Shown here: positions 43,546 through 54,548 of the stretch, in pieces | Layout: the number at the start of each line of letters is the position of its first letter | How positions within the stretch are numbered: position 1 is the first letter of the stretch | DNA from: Proteobacteria bacterium UBA981 | GTDB taxonomy: Bacteria > Pseudomonadota > Gammaproteobacteria > Ga0077536 | DNA: 64,000 bases | Reading direction: 5' to 3' | Assembly: GCA_002292285.1 (NCBI GenBank) | Contig: DBBP01000027.1 | Span: 260,472-324,471 of the forward strand | Translations under genes and position numbers: made by a program | Notes under the pieces: model-generated | The model's input: the letters and a program-made list of their open reading frames with translations, nothing else | The model's database searches: none | What the model was told of the DNA's origin: nothing

Positions 43546-44469
43546 ATGACTGAAGACATGCTGCTGGCGGCGACAGATCTAACTCGCTCATACGGCCGCA
43601 TTCGAGCGGTGGACGGCGTACAACTGCAAGTCGGTCGCGGTGAAACGCTTGGCTTGCTCGGTTTGAACGGCGCCGGCAAGTCCACCACCCTGCAGATCTT
43701 GGCCGGGGCGCTCAACGCAGACCGGGGTAAGGTGAGTATCTGCGGCCATGATCTGGCCGGCGACGGGCGAGCTGCGCGGCGGCTGATTGGTTATCTGCCC
43801 CAGACCCCGCCGCTTTACGACGACATGAAAGTTGCCGAATATCTCAACTTCATCGCCCGCATCCAGGGCGTGCCACGTTCCGGACTCAGCGACACCGTGC
43901 AGCGCGCCACCGCGCGATGCGGTCTCAGCGACGTGGTGGGACGCTTGATTCGACATCTATCACAAGGCTATCAACAACGGGTCGGCATCGCCCAGGCTGT
44001 GTTGCACGAACCTGCGGTGCTACTTCTTGACGAACCCACAAACGGACTCGATCCGGCGCAGATTCGGGACGTACGCGAACTCATCACAAGCCTCGCCCCG
44101 CAACGTGCGACCATTGTGTCGACACACATCCTGTCGGAAGTTCGTATGCTTGCGACGCGCATTGTCATCATGCACGAGGGCCGCGTTGTCCACGACGCGC
44201 CCAATGGGTCCGCACTGGACACACTCAGGGTAAGTTTCGCGCACCAACCGCAAGTCGAGGCGCTCACGGCTATCGATGGTGTGGTCGCTGCAGAGTGGCA
44301 CGAACAGGGTTACTGGTTGCTTCGTTGCGATGAAGATTGCTCGCCGCGAGTCGCAGAATGTGCGGTCCGCGCAGGTTGGGGTATTGCCGAAATGATCAAA
44401 AACTACGATGCGCTGGAACATCTCTTTTTACGCCTCACTGCGGGTGATTCGGTCGTAGCAGCCGCATGA
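43546..44469 (+). CDS. ABC transporter ATP-binding protein (ABC-2 type, GldA-like)
   Basis: Walker A GLNGAGKST, signature LSQGYQQRV, Walker B LLLDEPT. Confidence 0.85.
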   Translation: MTEDMLLAATDLTRSYGRIRAVDGVQLQVGRGETLGLLGLNGAGKSTTLQILAGALNADRGKVSICGHDLAGDGRAARRLIGYLPQTPPLYDDMKVAEYLNFIARIQGVPRSGLSDTVQRATARCGLSDVVGRLIRHLSQGYQQRVGIAQAVLHEPAVLLLDEPTNGLDPAQIRDVRELITSLAPQRATIVSTHILSEVRMLATRIVIMHEGRVVHDAPNGSALDTLRVSFAHQPQVEALTAIDGVVAAEWHEQGYWLLRCDEDCSPRVAECAVRAGWGIAEMIKNYDALEHLFLRLTAGDSVVAAA

Positions 44470-45212
44470 TGTCTGGATTCGGCGCCGTCGCAGCCTATGA
44501 GACGGCACGTCTGTTCAGACGCCCGTTCGGCTGGTTGGTCCTCGCTTTTGGTCAAGGCCTGTTGGCCCTGTACTTCTTGTTACTGGTGGTCCGCTTTCTG
44601 GAGAATCAAGGCGATTTGCAGACAACTGGCGTTACGGTCGAAATTATCATGCGCTATTTCAGTGTGGCTTTCGTCAGCGTAATCCTGTTAACGCCGCTGC
44701 TCACGATGGCGGCCATCGCCGGCGATAAACGCAGCAATATGCTGCGTTTTCTCTACGCCACACCACTATCAACCAGCGCACTGGTGCTGGGAAAATTTGC
44801 CGGCGTGTTGAGTCTCTCGATGGCTCACGTCGTGCTGCTCTCACTGATTCCGCTGACGCTGTTATGGGGAGCGCCAATTGATCTCGGGGTCTATGCCACC
44901 AATGTGATCGGGTTGGTGCTGTTCTCTTTGATGCATAACGCCCTTGGGCTAATGGCTTCGGCGCTGACCCGTGCACCGGTCGCCGGTGCGCTGATAGCGC
45001 TGATGATCTCGCTTTTGCTGTGGTTCGCAGAATGGGGAGCCCGGCTGGATCCGGAAGCGTCTATGATCGGTCGCTGGTCGACGTTGACTCGTCTACGCGG
45101 TTTCGCCGAAGGCCTGTTAGTGAGTGCTGACATCGTCTACTTCTTTGCTGCCACTATCTCTTTGCTGATCATCACCGCTGTGTTGGTGAGCATGGATCGC
45201 GATTTGGCATGA
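44466..45212 (+). CDS. ABC-2 family transporter permease (GldF-like)
   Basis: ATGA-coupled; six predicted TM helices. Confidence 0.75.
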   Translation: MMSGFGAVAAYETARLFRRPFGWLVLAFGQGLLALYFLLLVVRFLENQGDLQTTGVTVEIIMRYFSVAFVSVILLTPLLTMAAIAGDKRSNMLRFLYATPLSTSALVLGKFAGVLSLSMAHVVLLSLIPLTLLWGAPIDLGVYATNVIGLVLFSLMHNALGLMASALTRAPVAGALIALMISLLLWFAEWGARLDPEASMIGRWSTLTRLRGFAEGLLVSADIVYFFAATISLLIITAVLVSMDRDLA

Positions 45213-46531
45213 GATTTTCGCTACGCGCACGCTACTTGTTCATCATCGCGCTGGTCGCGACGTGCACTTGGAGCCTCATAAACTACGCCAACCAGCACAA
45301 CCACATCACGGATTTTTCGCGCGCTGCACGCAACTCTATCGACGCCAGAAGTGTCGAAGTCCTGGGATTGTTCGACGGCGAAATTACGCTCACCGCCTTC
45401 GTACCTGATAATCCGGATCTGCATCGTGGCGTGGCAAGTTTCTTCGCGCGCTTTCAGCGCCACAAAAGTGATTTATCTCTCGCCTTTATCGACCCGCGCG
45501 CGGACCTGCATAAGGCGCGCAAGTTCGGCGCACGTCTGGGCGAGATTGTGCTGAGCTTCGAAGGTCGGCACGAACGCATCACCCAACTTAGCGAAAGTGA
45601 GGTCACCAACGCACTGGCACGCCTGCTGCGTGGGCGCGACCGCTATCTGACGTTCTTAGCGGCCAACGCCGAGCGCCAACTCGGACGCGCCGCCAACCAT
45701 GATATTTCTGAGTTCGCAGCCTACCTTGAACAACGCGGGCTCAACGTCCGCGGGCTGAACCTCGGTGAGCACGCGAGCGTTCCGGACAACACCGCGGTGC
45801 TCGTGATCGCGTCACCCGGAGCAGCCTACGCACCGGGTGAGCTTGCGGCCATTACGCGCTACGTCGCACGTGGCGGTAACCTGTTGTGGCTGGCTGAGCC
45901 CGATCAGCCTGGCGAGATGTCGCAGTTAGCCAGCGCCCTCGGCGTTGAGGTGCTAACGGGCACGGTAGTGGATCCGGTCGGGCTGACAAAGTTTCAGAAC
46001 CCCGCCTATGCGGTCGCACTCAACCATCCCGATCACCCGACTGTGGCTGAGTTCGAACAGACGGTGGTGTTCCCCTATGCGGCCGCTCTGGTCGCGCGAC
46101 CTAACATCGATTGGGACGCCACAGTCATCGCGAAAACCACAGCACAGGCATGGAACGAGACGGGTACGTTCGAAGGCAATGTAGGCTTCGATCCCGAAAG
46201 TGAAATCCAGGGCGAGCTGAATCTGGCGCTGGCGTTAACCAAAGCAGCGGCGGACGGTGTCGAGCAGCGCGTGTTGATTGTCGGAGACGGCGATTTCTTA
46301 TCGAACAGTTTCGTCGCCAATCTCGGCAATCGGGAATTCGGCCGACGACTGTTCGAATGGCTCGCCGCTGACGACAACTTGATCGACATCGCAGTGGCCG
46401 AAATACCGGATGGGACGCTCGACTTAGCCATGTGGCAGCGCATGGCGATTTTTCTGGTTTTCGTGGCCGTCGTGCCACTCGGTCTGTTGTGTAACGGTTT
46501 ATTGATTTGGTGGCAGCGGCGTCATGCCTGA
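45209..46531 (+). CDS. GldG-like ABC transporter auxiliary component
   Basis: ATGA-coupled; N- and C-terminal TM anchors flanking a large domain, as in GldG/ABC_transp_aux proteins. Confidence 0.55.
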   Translation: MRFSLRARYLFIIALVATCTWSLINYANQHNHITDFSRAARNSIDARSVEVLGLFDGEITLTAFVPDNPDLHRGVASFFARFQRHKSDLSLAFIDPRADLHKARKFGARLGEIVLSFEGRHERITQLSESEVTNALARLLRGRDRYLTFLAANAERQLGRAANHDISEFAAYLEQRGLNVRGLNLGEHASVPDNTAVLVIASPGAAYAPGELAAITRYVARGGNLLWLAEPDQPGEMSQLASALGVEVLTGTVVDPVGLTKFQNPAYAVALNHPDHPTVAEFEQTVVFPYAAALVARPNIDWDATVIAKTTAQAWNETGTFEGNVGFDPESEIQGELNLALALTKAAADGVEQRVLIVGDGDFLSNSFVANLGNREFGRRLFEWLAADDNLIDIAVAEIPDGTLDLAMWQRMAIFLVFVAVVPLGLLCNGLLIWWQRRHA

Positions 46532-47339
46532 ACTACCCGAAGTGGAGACGACTCGGCGCGGCGTGCAACCCCTGTTACGTGGCCGCTGCGTGCGATCGGT
46601 GACCGTGCACGATGCGCGCTTGCGCCGCCCGGTAACGGATGATTTGGCGCAACAGCTGAGCGGCCTTCGCTTACGCGAGGTGCGGCGGCGCGCAAAATAC
46701 CTGCTGTTTGATTTCAGCGCTGGCACCCTATTAGTACATTTAGGCATGTCCGGTAGCCTGCGGGTGGTACAAGCAAGCGAACCGGCGCTAAAACACGATC
46801 ACGTGGAAATCGATTTCGGAGCGCGCCAGTGTTTACGCTTTCGTGATCCACGCCGCTTTGGTCTGGTGCTGTGGACCCAGGCCGACCCGCTTGAACACGA
46901 ATTATTGTGTCATCTCGGTCCGGAACCCCTGGCGAACGAATTCACTGCCACCTACCTGTACCAACAGGCGCGGGGGCGGCGCGTGGCAATCAAGAACTTC
47001 ATCATGGACGGCCACGTAGTCGTCGGAGTCGGCAACATCTACGCGAGTGAGGCGCTGTTCCGGGCAGGCATACATCCGGAACGTGCTGCCGGGCGCATCA
47101 GCCTGGGGCGCCTGGACAAGTTGGTTGAGCATATTCGGGCAGTATTGGCGGAGGCCATCGAGGCCGGTGGCACCACCTTGCGCGATTTCGTTCACAACGA
47201 TGGCGAGCCAGGCTACTTTCGTCAGGAGCTGTTGGTCTACGGGCGTGGGGGAGAAGCGTGTGTGGTGTGCGCCAAGCCGCTCACGACACGCGTTATCGGA
47301 CAACGCTCAAGTTTTTTTTGCAGTAGTTGCCAGCGCTGA
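46524..47339 (+). CDS. mutM: Formamidopyrimidine-DNA glycosylase
   Basis: N-terminal MPELPEVE… , C-terminal zinc finger C…C…C…C; start overlaps the gldG-like stop by 8 nt. Confidence 0.9.
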   Translation: MPELPEVETTRRGVQPLLRGRCVRSVTVHDARLRRPVTDDLAQQLSGLRLREVRRRAKYLLFDFSAGTLLVHLGMSGSLRVVQASEPALKHDHVEIDFGARQCLRFRDPRRFGLVLWTQADPLEHELLCHLGPEPLANEFTATYLYQQARGRRVAIKNFIMDGHVVVGVGNIYASEALFRAGIHPERAAGRISLGRLDKLVEHIRAVLAEAIEAGGTTLRDFVHNDGEPGYFRQELLVYGRGGEACVVCAKPLTTRVIGQRSSFFCSSCQR

Positions 47340-47353
47340 CCCGGCGCGCACCC

Positions 47354-49048
47354 TCACGGTTGCGGGCGCCAGACCTGGGCGCCGCCCTCACCACGGGGGT
47401 CACTGGCGGCGTCGACAACGCCAGCTCGTTTGTCCCACAACACTGCGTGCATATTGCCGTAATTGCGCGTCAGCTCTTTCAGCGAATGGCCTTTCGCAGC
47501 GAGCGCATCTTGTAAGCCCTCGCTTAAACCGCCTTTCTCATATTGCACTTCATCGGGCAGATACTGGTGGTGGAAACGCTTGGCGCTCACCCACTCAGAC
47601 GGCGGTAAATCACGCGCAAATTCCAGTGCCCCGATCAAGACCATGGAAATAATTCGACTCCCACCGGGTGTACCGATGATGCCAATTCGTCGCGGCGTTA
47701 TCAGGAAAGTCGGGGTCATAGACGATAGTGGGCGCTTACCTGGGGCGATAGCATTTGCGCCGGCGCCGACCAGCCCGTAGGCGTTCGGGGTCAGCGGGCG
47801 GGCGGAGAAATCGTCCATTTCGTTGTTCAGCAACACGCCCGTACCCGGCGGGACGCTGGTCGCCCCAAACGGATAGTTGACGCTGAGCGTGGCGGCGACT
47901 CGATTTCCGTCGGCATCCAGCACGGAGAAGTGTGTGGTGTCCTCCCCTTCTGGTTTGATGCCGATGGCCGGTAGCGCGGCACTCGGTGTGGCTGTTTCAA
48001 GACTCAGGTCTTTTGCCAGCGAATCTGCATACGCTTTGGCCAACAGTCGTGCAGTTGGGATTGTCGTGAAATCCGGGTCGCCGAGAAAATCCGCGCGATC
48101 CCGGTAGGCCCTGCGCATTGCTTCAATCACGACATGCACTCGGTCGACTTCGCTAAGTGCCGCCAAGTCGTAGCGTTCCAGAATATTAAAAGCTTCTGCC
48201 AGCACAATTCCGCCGGACGACGGCGGCGGCGCCGAGACGACCTTGATGTCGTGATACATGGTCACAATGGGAGGACGTTCTTTGACTGCATAACCGGCGA
48301 GATCCGCGAGCGTCCAGATACCGCCGGCAGCGCGCACGCCTGCTACCAGCCGCTCAGCCAAAGCACCCCGATAGAAGCTTTCGGCGCCATCACTTGCGAT
48401 TGACTCCAGAGTCGCGGCCAGGTCGAGTTGGACGATACGCGCGCCCACTTCCGGGGCGACGCCATCGCGCAGGAAAATTTCCGCAGCCGCAGGAGAAGCG
48501 CTGAAGGCTTTGGTTCGAAACCCGGCCATCATCTTGTAGCGTGGGCCTATCGCGAAACCCTCTTTTGCCAGACGAATTGCGGGCGCGAGGCTAGTGGTTA
48601 ACGGCAACTTACCGTAGCGGGACGCGAGATGCGCGAGCGCGGCTGGCACGCCGGGAATCGCCGCAGCGAGCGGTCCATTCAGCGCTCGGTCGCGAACAAA
48701 TTCGCCTTGCGCATCGAGATACATGTCAGCGGTCGCCGCGGCCGGTGCGGTTTCGCGGGCATCAACAAAAATGTCAGCGCCACTGGCCGCTCGGTGGAGC
48801 AGAAAAAACGCCCCGCCACCAATGCCAGAGCTGTAGGGTTCCACGACCGCTAGTGCCGCGGCCACCGCGATGGCCGCGTCGAAAGCGTTGCCTCCGCCGT
48901 CGAGAATTTCACGGCCAGCAGCTGTCGCTGCCGGGTGGGCTGATGCAACAGCGTGTTGACCCGGTTTGTCGCCGTCCGTGGCCGTGACGATGCTGACCAT
49001 CGCCAGGCAGGTAATACCGAGCGCTAAATGCACAATAGGACGCAACAT
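47354..49048 (-). CDS. ggt: Gamma-glutamyltranspeptidase
   Basis: Signal peptide; GGT family similarity over the full length. Confidence 0.85.
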   Translation of the reverse strand: MLRPIVHLALGITCLAMVSIVTATDGDKPGQHAVASAHPAATAAGREILDGGGNAFDAAIAVAAALAVVEPYSSGIGGGAFFLLHRAASGADIFVDARETAPAAATADMYLDAQGEFVRDRALNGPLAAAIPGVPAALAHLASRYGKLPLTTSLAPAIRLAKEGFAIGPRYKMMAGFRTKAFSASPAAAEIFLRDGVAPEVGARIVQLDLAATLESIASDGAESFYRGALAERLVAGVRAAGGIWTLADLAGYAVKERPPIVTMYHDIKVVSAPPPSSGGIVLAEAFNILERYDLAALSEVDRVHVVIEAMRRAYRDRADFLGDPDFTTIPTARLLAKAYADSLAKDLSLETATPSAALPAIGIKPEGEDTTHFSVLDADGNRVAATLSVNYPFGATSVPPGTGVLLNNEMDDFSARPLTPNAYGLVGAGANAIAPGKRPLSSMTPTFLITPRRIGIIGTPGGSRIISMVLIGALEFARDLPPSEWVSAKRFHHQYLPDEVQYEKGGLSEGLQDALAAKGHSLKELTRNYGNMHAVLWDKRAGVVDAASDPRGEGGAQVWRPQP

Positions 49049-49050
49049 GC

Positions 49051-49338
<288 letters not shown>

Positions 49339-49842
49339 TCAGCTAGCGCCGGTCTTCTTGTGGCTACCGACGCGCTCGTCGAGGGCATCCTTGACCAGCG
49401 GGTGTACGAAGTCGGTAATGTCGCCACCCAGTTTCGCAATCTCTCTAATCAACGATGACGAGATGTAGGTGTGCTGTTCAGAGGTCGGCAAGAAGATCGT
49501 ATCCGCTTCCGGCATTAATTTTCGATTCATCCCGGCCAACTGGAATTCGTACTCGAAATCCGTGACCGCCCGCAGCCCGCGTAACACCACGGTTGCGCCA
49601 TTCTCACGCGCGAAATCGACCATCAGACCGTCGAAGCGCTTGACTTCGACGTTGGATAAATCGGCGAGGATCTCGGTGGCCAGGTGGACTCGCTCCTCGG
49701 TGGAGAACACAGCATTCTTGCCGGTGCTCCCGGCGACACCAAGGATCAGTCGATCGAACAATGGCGCTGCACGAGTGACGATGTCGCAATGACCAAGCGT
49801 GATCGGATCGAATGTCCCGGGGTAGACAGCTGTGGTGGCCAA
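49339..49842 (-). CDS. coaD: Phosphopantetheine adenylyltransferase
   Basis: …[18 protein letters not shown]…. Confidence 0.9.
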   Translation of the reverse strand: MATTAVYPGTFDPITLGHCDIVTRAAPLFDRLILGVAGSTGKNAVFSTEERVHLATEILADLSNVEVKRFDGLMVDFARENGATVVLRGLRAVTDFEYEFQLAGMNRKLMPEADTIFLPTSEQHTYISSSLIREIAKLGGDITDFVHPLVKDALDERVGSHKKTGAS

Positions 49843-50016
49843 TTGAGTTCCTCAGTTTGCGCGACACCTCGCGACTGTGATGTATCTATAGGCTGCCCTG
49901 ATCTATTAGTCACGGCGCGGAGGCACATTCTAAACCTAACCGCTGACTAATCGGGTGGTGTTGAAAAGTCGCACCGGCACCTTATGCGATTTCGCGACGA
50001 GGCGGGTTGCATTATT

Positions 50017-50592
50017 TCAGGTCACATCATCGGCGCGGGCGACTGATTTTTCGAGCAGGGCGTAGAAAACTTGTTGCGTTTGCGACGATTTGACGATTTG
50101 CCAGGCCGGGCCGAAGTTGTTATTGCCGCGCTGGGTTTCGATATAAATCAAACCACCCGGCGCCAACCAGCCATCGTGCACGCGTGCCAGACTCAGTTCG
50201 AGTAAATTGCTGGCGAACGGTGGGTCGACGAATACGAGGTCAAATGGATGCGGTGGATTCGTCAGCCAACGCTTCGAATTAGCCAGAACTATGTCCGCGG
50301 TGCTTGCTTGAAGACGACCCTTAAGCGCCTCAAGCCCGGCATACAGCGTGGCATCGTTTTCGATCAGGGTCGCTGCGGCTGCGCCACGGGACAAGGCCTC
50401 GAATCCGAGCACCCCGCTACCTGCAAATAGATCAAGGCAACGCGCCCCGACAATTCTTGGCGCCAACCAATTGAACAAGGTCTCACGGACGCGGTCGCTG
50501 CTCGGCCGCAGTCCGTCGCGGTCGGCAACCTGTATACGGGTGCCACGCCAGCGACCGCCGATAATACGGACACCGCTGCGGCTATTTTTCAC
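50017..50592 (-). CDS. rsmD: 16S rRNA (guanine966-N2)-methyltransferase
   Basis: …RIIGGRWRGTRI…LDLFAGSGVLGFEALSRGA…VFVDPPF…. Confidence 0.8.
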   Translation of the reverse strand: MKNSRSGVRIIGGRWRGTRIQVADRDGLRPSSDRVRETLFNWLAPRIVGARCLDLFAGSGVLGFEALSRGAAAATLIENDATLYAGLEALKGRLQASTADIVLANSKRWLTNPPHPFDLVFVDPPFASNLLELSLARVHDGWLAPGGLIYIETQRGNNNFGPAWQIVKSSQTQQVFYALLEKSVARADDVT

Positions 50593-50597
50593 TTGGG

Positions 50598-51920
50598 TCA
50601 GGAATCGTCACTCGCTTTTGCGCGACCCACGATAACCGTCACCAGTTGGTCGAGCACCAATCGACGTTTGAAGGCGTCGCGAACCGATTCGGACGTCACC
50701 GCTGCCACGCTGGTGGTAAAGGTATCCAGGTAATCGAGAGGCAATTTGTAGAAGCCGATCATCGCGAGATATTCGGTGATCTTCTGGTTGCTATCGATGC
50801 GTAGTGGAAAACCGCCGACCAAGTTTTGTTTCGCCGCTTTGAGGGCATCATCGGGGGGCCCATTGTTGACGAAATCTGCGAGCGTTTCGTTTAGCACTCG
50901 CACCGCTTCGTCCTGTTGCGAACGATCTGTCTGTAGGGTCGCAACAAACGGTCCGGCCTGCGCCATCGGCGTGAAATGACTGGAGGCGCTGTAACTCAAG
51001 CCACGCTTGGATCGAATTTCTTTAAACAACAGCGACACCAGCGAATTGCCGCCGAGTGCGTGATTGCCGACCAGCAAAGGAAAATAGTCAGCGTCCCCTC
51101 TACGCATGCCGGGCAAGCCAACTCGTACGTGACTTTGTATCGACGAAAATTCGATGTGTCGCGAAGCGCCCGTGGTAGGCAGCACTTCTGGCAAGGCAGG
51201 AGCCGCTTCACCCTGAGGTAATGCGGCACTTAAACGGGTAGCGATACTTTGAGCGCGATCTTTGTCGAGCGCCCCGACGATGGCAATAACCATATTGCGC
51301 GCAACATAGTGGCGTTGATGGAAAGCCGAAAAATCGTCGCGCTTTAACGCAGCAACACTTTCCTCATTGCCGTCGGGCGGCGATCCGTAGGGATGTTCAC
51401 CGTAAACATCAGCATAAAAAGCTTCGTCGATGATCGCTCCGGGGGACTGCTGTTTGTGCCGAAACGCGATCATGGCACGTGCCTTCAGACGGTCAATCGC
51501 ATCAACCGCAAAGCGTGGCCTGGCCATCGCCGCCTCCATCAGGGCGAGTGCCGGAACCGAATACTCTTCTTGTGCCATCGTGCGCAGCCCTAAATAGGCC
51601 ATATCGCGCCGCGCGCCGGTCGACAACTTTGCGCCGGTGGCGCCGAGTTGGTCGCTGAAGGCGTTCGCGTCGAGTTCATCCGTACCCTGGGTCAGTAAGG
51701 CACTGGTGATATTTGCGACGCCCTTTTGCTCACCATCGCGAGCGCTGCCGGCTGCGAAAGTCACACGCACGTCGAACATCGGTATTTCCGGCGCTTGAAC
51801 GTACAAAACCCGAGCGCCGGCGTCAGTCGTCCAGGACTCAATACTCGGCCCTGCGATTGAATCGACGGATAGCACGAGGCTGCCCAGCACGAAAAGGAAG
51901 CGATTTATTCTTGCAATCAT
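50598..51920 (-). CDS. M16-family zinc peptidase, second (non-HxxEH) subunit
   Basis: Signal peptide; insulinase-like fold lacking the HxxEH motif; paired with the upstream gene. Confidence 0.8.
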   Translation of the reverse strand: MIARINRFLFVLGSLVLSVDSIAGPSIESWTTDAGARVLYVQAPEIPMFDVRVTFAAGSARDGEQKGVANITSALLTQGTDELDANAFSDQLGATGAKLSTGARRDMAYLGLRTMAQEEYSVPALALMEAAMARPRFAVDAIDRLKARAMIAFRHKQQSPGAIIDEAFYADVYGEHPYGSPPDGNEESVAALKRDDFSAFHQRHYVARNMVIAIVGALDKDRAQSIATRLSAALPQGEAAPALPEVLPTTGASRHIEFSSIQSHVRVGLPGMRRGDADYFPLLVGNHALGGNSLVSLLFKEIRSKRGLSYSASSHFTPMAQAGPFVATLQTDRSQQDEAVRVLNETLADFVNNGPPDDALKAAKQNLVGGFPLRIDSNQKITEYLAMIGFYKLPLDYLDTFTTSVAAVTSESVRDAFKRRLVLDQLVTVIVGRAKASDDS

Positions 51921-53302
51921 TGTGCTGCCTCCGGGAGCAGATGAGCGACGGTCAAAGATTCCGGGCGCAGGTATTTTTCGGCGACAAGGCGAACCTGTTC
52001 GCTGGTCACCGCTTTGATGTTGGCGGTATAAGCGTCATTCAGGCGCCAATCCAACCCGACAGATTCAAGGCTGCCGATGATGATGGCCTGATGCTGCATG
52101 GAGTCACGCTCGAAAACGCTGTCGGCGACAACCTGGGTTTTTATACGCTCCAACTCGTTCGCAGTCGGCGGAACCCGTTTAAGTTCGTCGATTTCCGCAA
52201 GAATTGCTTTTTCGAGTTGCTCAAGCGACGTGCCGTCGCGCGGCACGGCGCTGAACTGGAACAAGGTCGTCATGCGTTGCGCAGACGAATACCCGGCGCT
52301 GACGTGGGAAGCCACTTCCCGGCCGCGGACCAGGTTGCGCTGCAGTCGCGCACTGGCGTCGCCATCGAGTGCCTCGGACAGCACATCCAGAGCATAGATT
52401 TCCCAGCTTTCGATGTCCGAATCTGCGACCGCCTGCAGCAACACCGGCGCTTTGTATCCCATGACGAGGAAAGGAATCCGCGCTTTGTCGCTGCTGAAAC
52501 TAACCCGTTTGATGCCCCGCTGCGGGACCTCAGGACGCGGCTTTGGTGGTGCGATGGTGCGCGCCTTGATCAGACCGAAATGCTCCTTGGCAAGTGCCAG
52601 AACCGCTTGCGCGTCGACATCGCCGACCACAACGACAGTTGCGTTATTGGGTCCATACCAGCGGGAATACCATTGACGTAAGTCATCGCCAGTCATGTTT
52701 TGAATGTCGGATTCCCAGCCGATGACCGGGTATCGGTAAGTGCTGGTTTGGTAGGCTGCAGCACGAGTTGCCTCAGAAGCAAGCGCTTGAGGATTGTCGT
52801 CCGTTCGCAGCCTGCGCTCCTCCAGTACGACGTTGATCTCTTTGGCGAATTCAGCGTCATCAATAACGAGGTTTTGCATGCGATCGGCTTCGAGCTTGAA
52901 ACTCAGGCTGACATTCTCGGCCGACCATTGTTGGAAGTAAGCGGTGAAGTCGGAACTGGTAAAGGCGTTTTCTCGCCCGCCGTTTGCCGCCACGATCGCA
53001 GAGAATTCCCCGACTCCAAGCGTTTTCGTACTTTTAAACATCATGTGTTCGAGCGCGTGGGAAACACCCGTAATGCCGTCGTACTCATACGATGAGCCGA
53101 CCCGGTACCACACCATGATTGCCGCAACCGGAGCTCGATGGTCTTCCTGAACAATCAGCTCAAGCCCGTTATCGAGAGTGAATTCGTGGGTGCGCTCAGA
53201 TGCAGCCAGGGCCAAAGGCGATCCACTGGACGCCACTAAAATCGCGATCATCGCAAACGTTCGCAAAACTCTCTCTCCTGTAAAAACGTGCTGCTGGTTC
53301 AA
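51917..53302 (-). CDS. M16-family zinc peptidase (HxxEH subunit)
   Basis: Signal peptide; zinc motif HALEHMMFKSTKT. Confidence 0.8.
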   Translation of the reverse strand: MNQQHVFTGERVLRTFAMIAILVASSGSPLALAASERTHEFTLDNGLELIVQEDHRAPVAAIMVWYRVGSSYEYDGITGVSHALEHMMFKSTKTLGVGEFSAIVAANGGRENAFTSSDFTAYFQQWSAENVSLSFKLEADRMQNLVIDDAEFAKEINVVLEERRLRTDDNPQALASEATRAAAYQTSTYRYPVIGWESDIQNMTGDDLRQWYSRWYGPNNATVVVVGDVDAQAVLALAKEHFGLIKARTIAPPKPRPEVPQRGIKRVSFSSDKARIPFLVMGYKAPVLLQAVADSDIESWEIYALDVLSEALDGDASARLQRNLVRGREVASHVSAGYSSAQRMTTLFQFSAVPRDGTSLEQLEKAILAEIDELKRVPPTANELERIKTQVVADSVFERDSMQHQAIIIGSLESVGLDWRLNDAYTANIKAVTSEQVRLVAEKYLRPESLTVAHLLPEAAQ

Positions 53303-53624
53303 TCGACTGCGGAGCAGCGATTTCGTTCAGTCGCACGAGTGGATCGGATGCCAGACGGCTGGCTGGCCGCAGGTGCCCGTTTATAATTCAACGGAACTCG
53401 TGTGGTTCTGGCCCGCAATAAGTAGCTGACATCGAAGCGACGTCGATGCTAACAGTCCGCCGGACGGCGGGACAATCGCTAGTACGCTCGAGGTCTGTGC
53501 CAGGTAGCTACCAATCGCTGGGCAGTGAGCGATTGCCTCTCGCCGCTAGGCTGCTAGGATAGCGCCTGCATAAATTTGCCGACCGCCGGACCCGCGCGAT
53601 GCGGAAAGAGTAACTATTTCATCG

Positions 53625-54548
53625 ATGTTTTCCCGCCTTAAAGCTGGCATAGCAAAAACCCGTGCGGGCCTGGTTAGCGGCATCTCGCGACTTGTAGGTC
53701 GAACCGACCGTCTCGATGCTGCAACTCTCGAAGAACTGGAGACCCTGCTGCTGTCGAGCGATGTCGGCGTAGCAGCCACTGGGCGACTGGTTGAACGGGT
53801 GCGGACGATTGATAGCAGCATCACGCCAACTGCTGCCATCGAACGAGAAATGCTGGAAATATTGACGCCTTGTGAACAACCGCTGACATTCGAGAGTCAG
53901 GAAGCTGGCCCGTTCGTGATCCTTGTCGTGGGCGTCAACGGAGTCGGCAAAACCACCACCATTGCCAAGATTGCGCGACAGCTCCAAGCGAACGGTCGCA
54001 CCGTCATGCTGGCGGCCGGCGACACATTCCGCGCTGCGGCCGTCGAGCAACTCAAAACCTGGGGCGAGCGTCTGGATATACCGGTCATTGCACAGGGCGC
54101 GGGCGCTGATTCTGCTTCAGTAATATTCGATGCTTGCGCTGCCGCCAAGGCTCGTGGCATTGATGTGCTCATCGCGGATACCGCTGGGCGCCTGCATACC
54201 CAGGACAACCTGATGGCTGAGCTCGGCAAAGTCCGCCGGGTGATTGGCAAACACAATGCGGCCGCGCCTCACGAAACACTGCTCGTGCTCGACTCAACGA
54301 TGGGACAGAACGCTATCAACCAGGCAGAGCAGTTTTGCGCTGCTGTCGACGTCTCCGGGGTGGCGCTGACCAAGCTCGACGGCACGGCCCGCGGCGGAAT
54401 GATTTTCGGCCTCGCCGAGGTTCTCAAGTTGCCCATTCGCTACGTAGGGGTAGGAGAGCAAGCAGACGATTTGCAGATTTTTCGGGCTGCTGATTTCGTC
54501 ACCGCGCTACTGGAAGATTTTGGCGGCGGCAAAGATTCCGATTCGTGA
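53625..54548 (+). CDS. ftsY: Signal recognition particle receptor FtsY (short form, NG domains only)
   Basis: GVNGVGKTTT, …DTAGR… SRP-GTPase motifs; no acidic A domain. Confidence 0.85.
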   Translation: MFSRLKAGIAKTRAGLVSGISRLVGRTDRLDAATLEELETLLLSSDVGVAATGRLVERVRTIDSSITPTAAIEREMLEILTPCEQPLTFESQEAGPFVILVVGVNGVGKTTTIAKIARQLQANGRTVMLAAGDTFRAAAVEQLKTWGERLDIPVIAQGAGADSASVIFDACAAAKARGIDVLIADTAGRLHTQDNLMAELGKVRRVIGKHNAAAPHETLLVLDSTMGQNAINQAEQFCAAVDVSGVALTKLDGTARGGMIFGLAEVLKLPIRYVGVGEQADDLQIFRAADFVTALLEDFGGGKDSDS

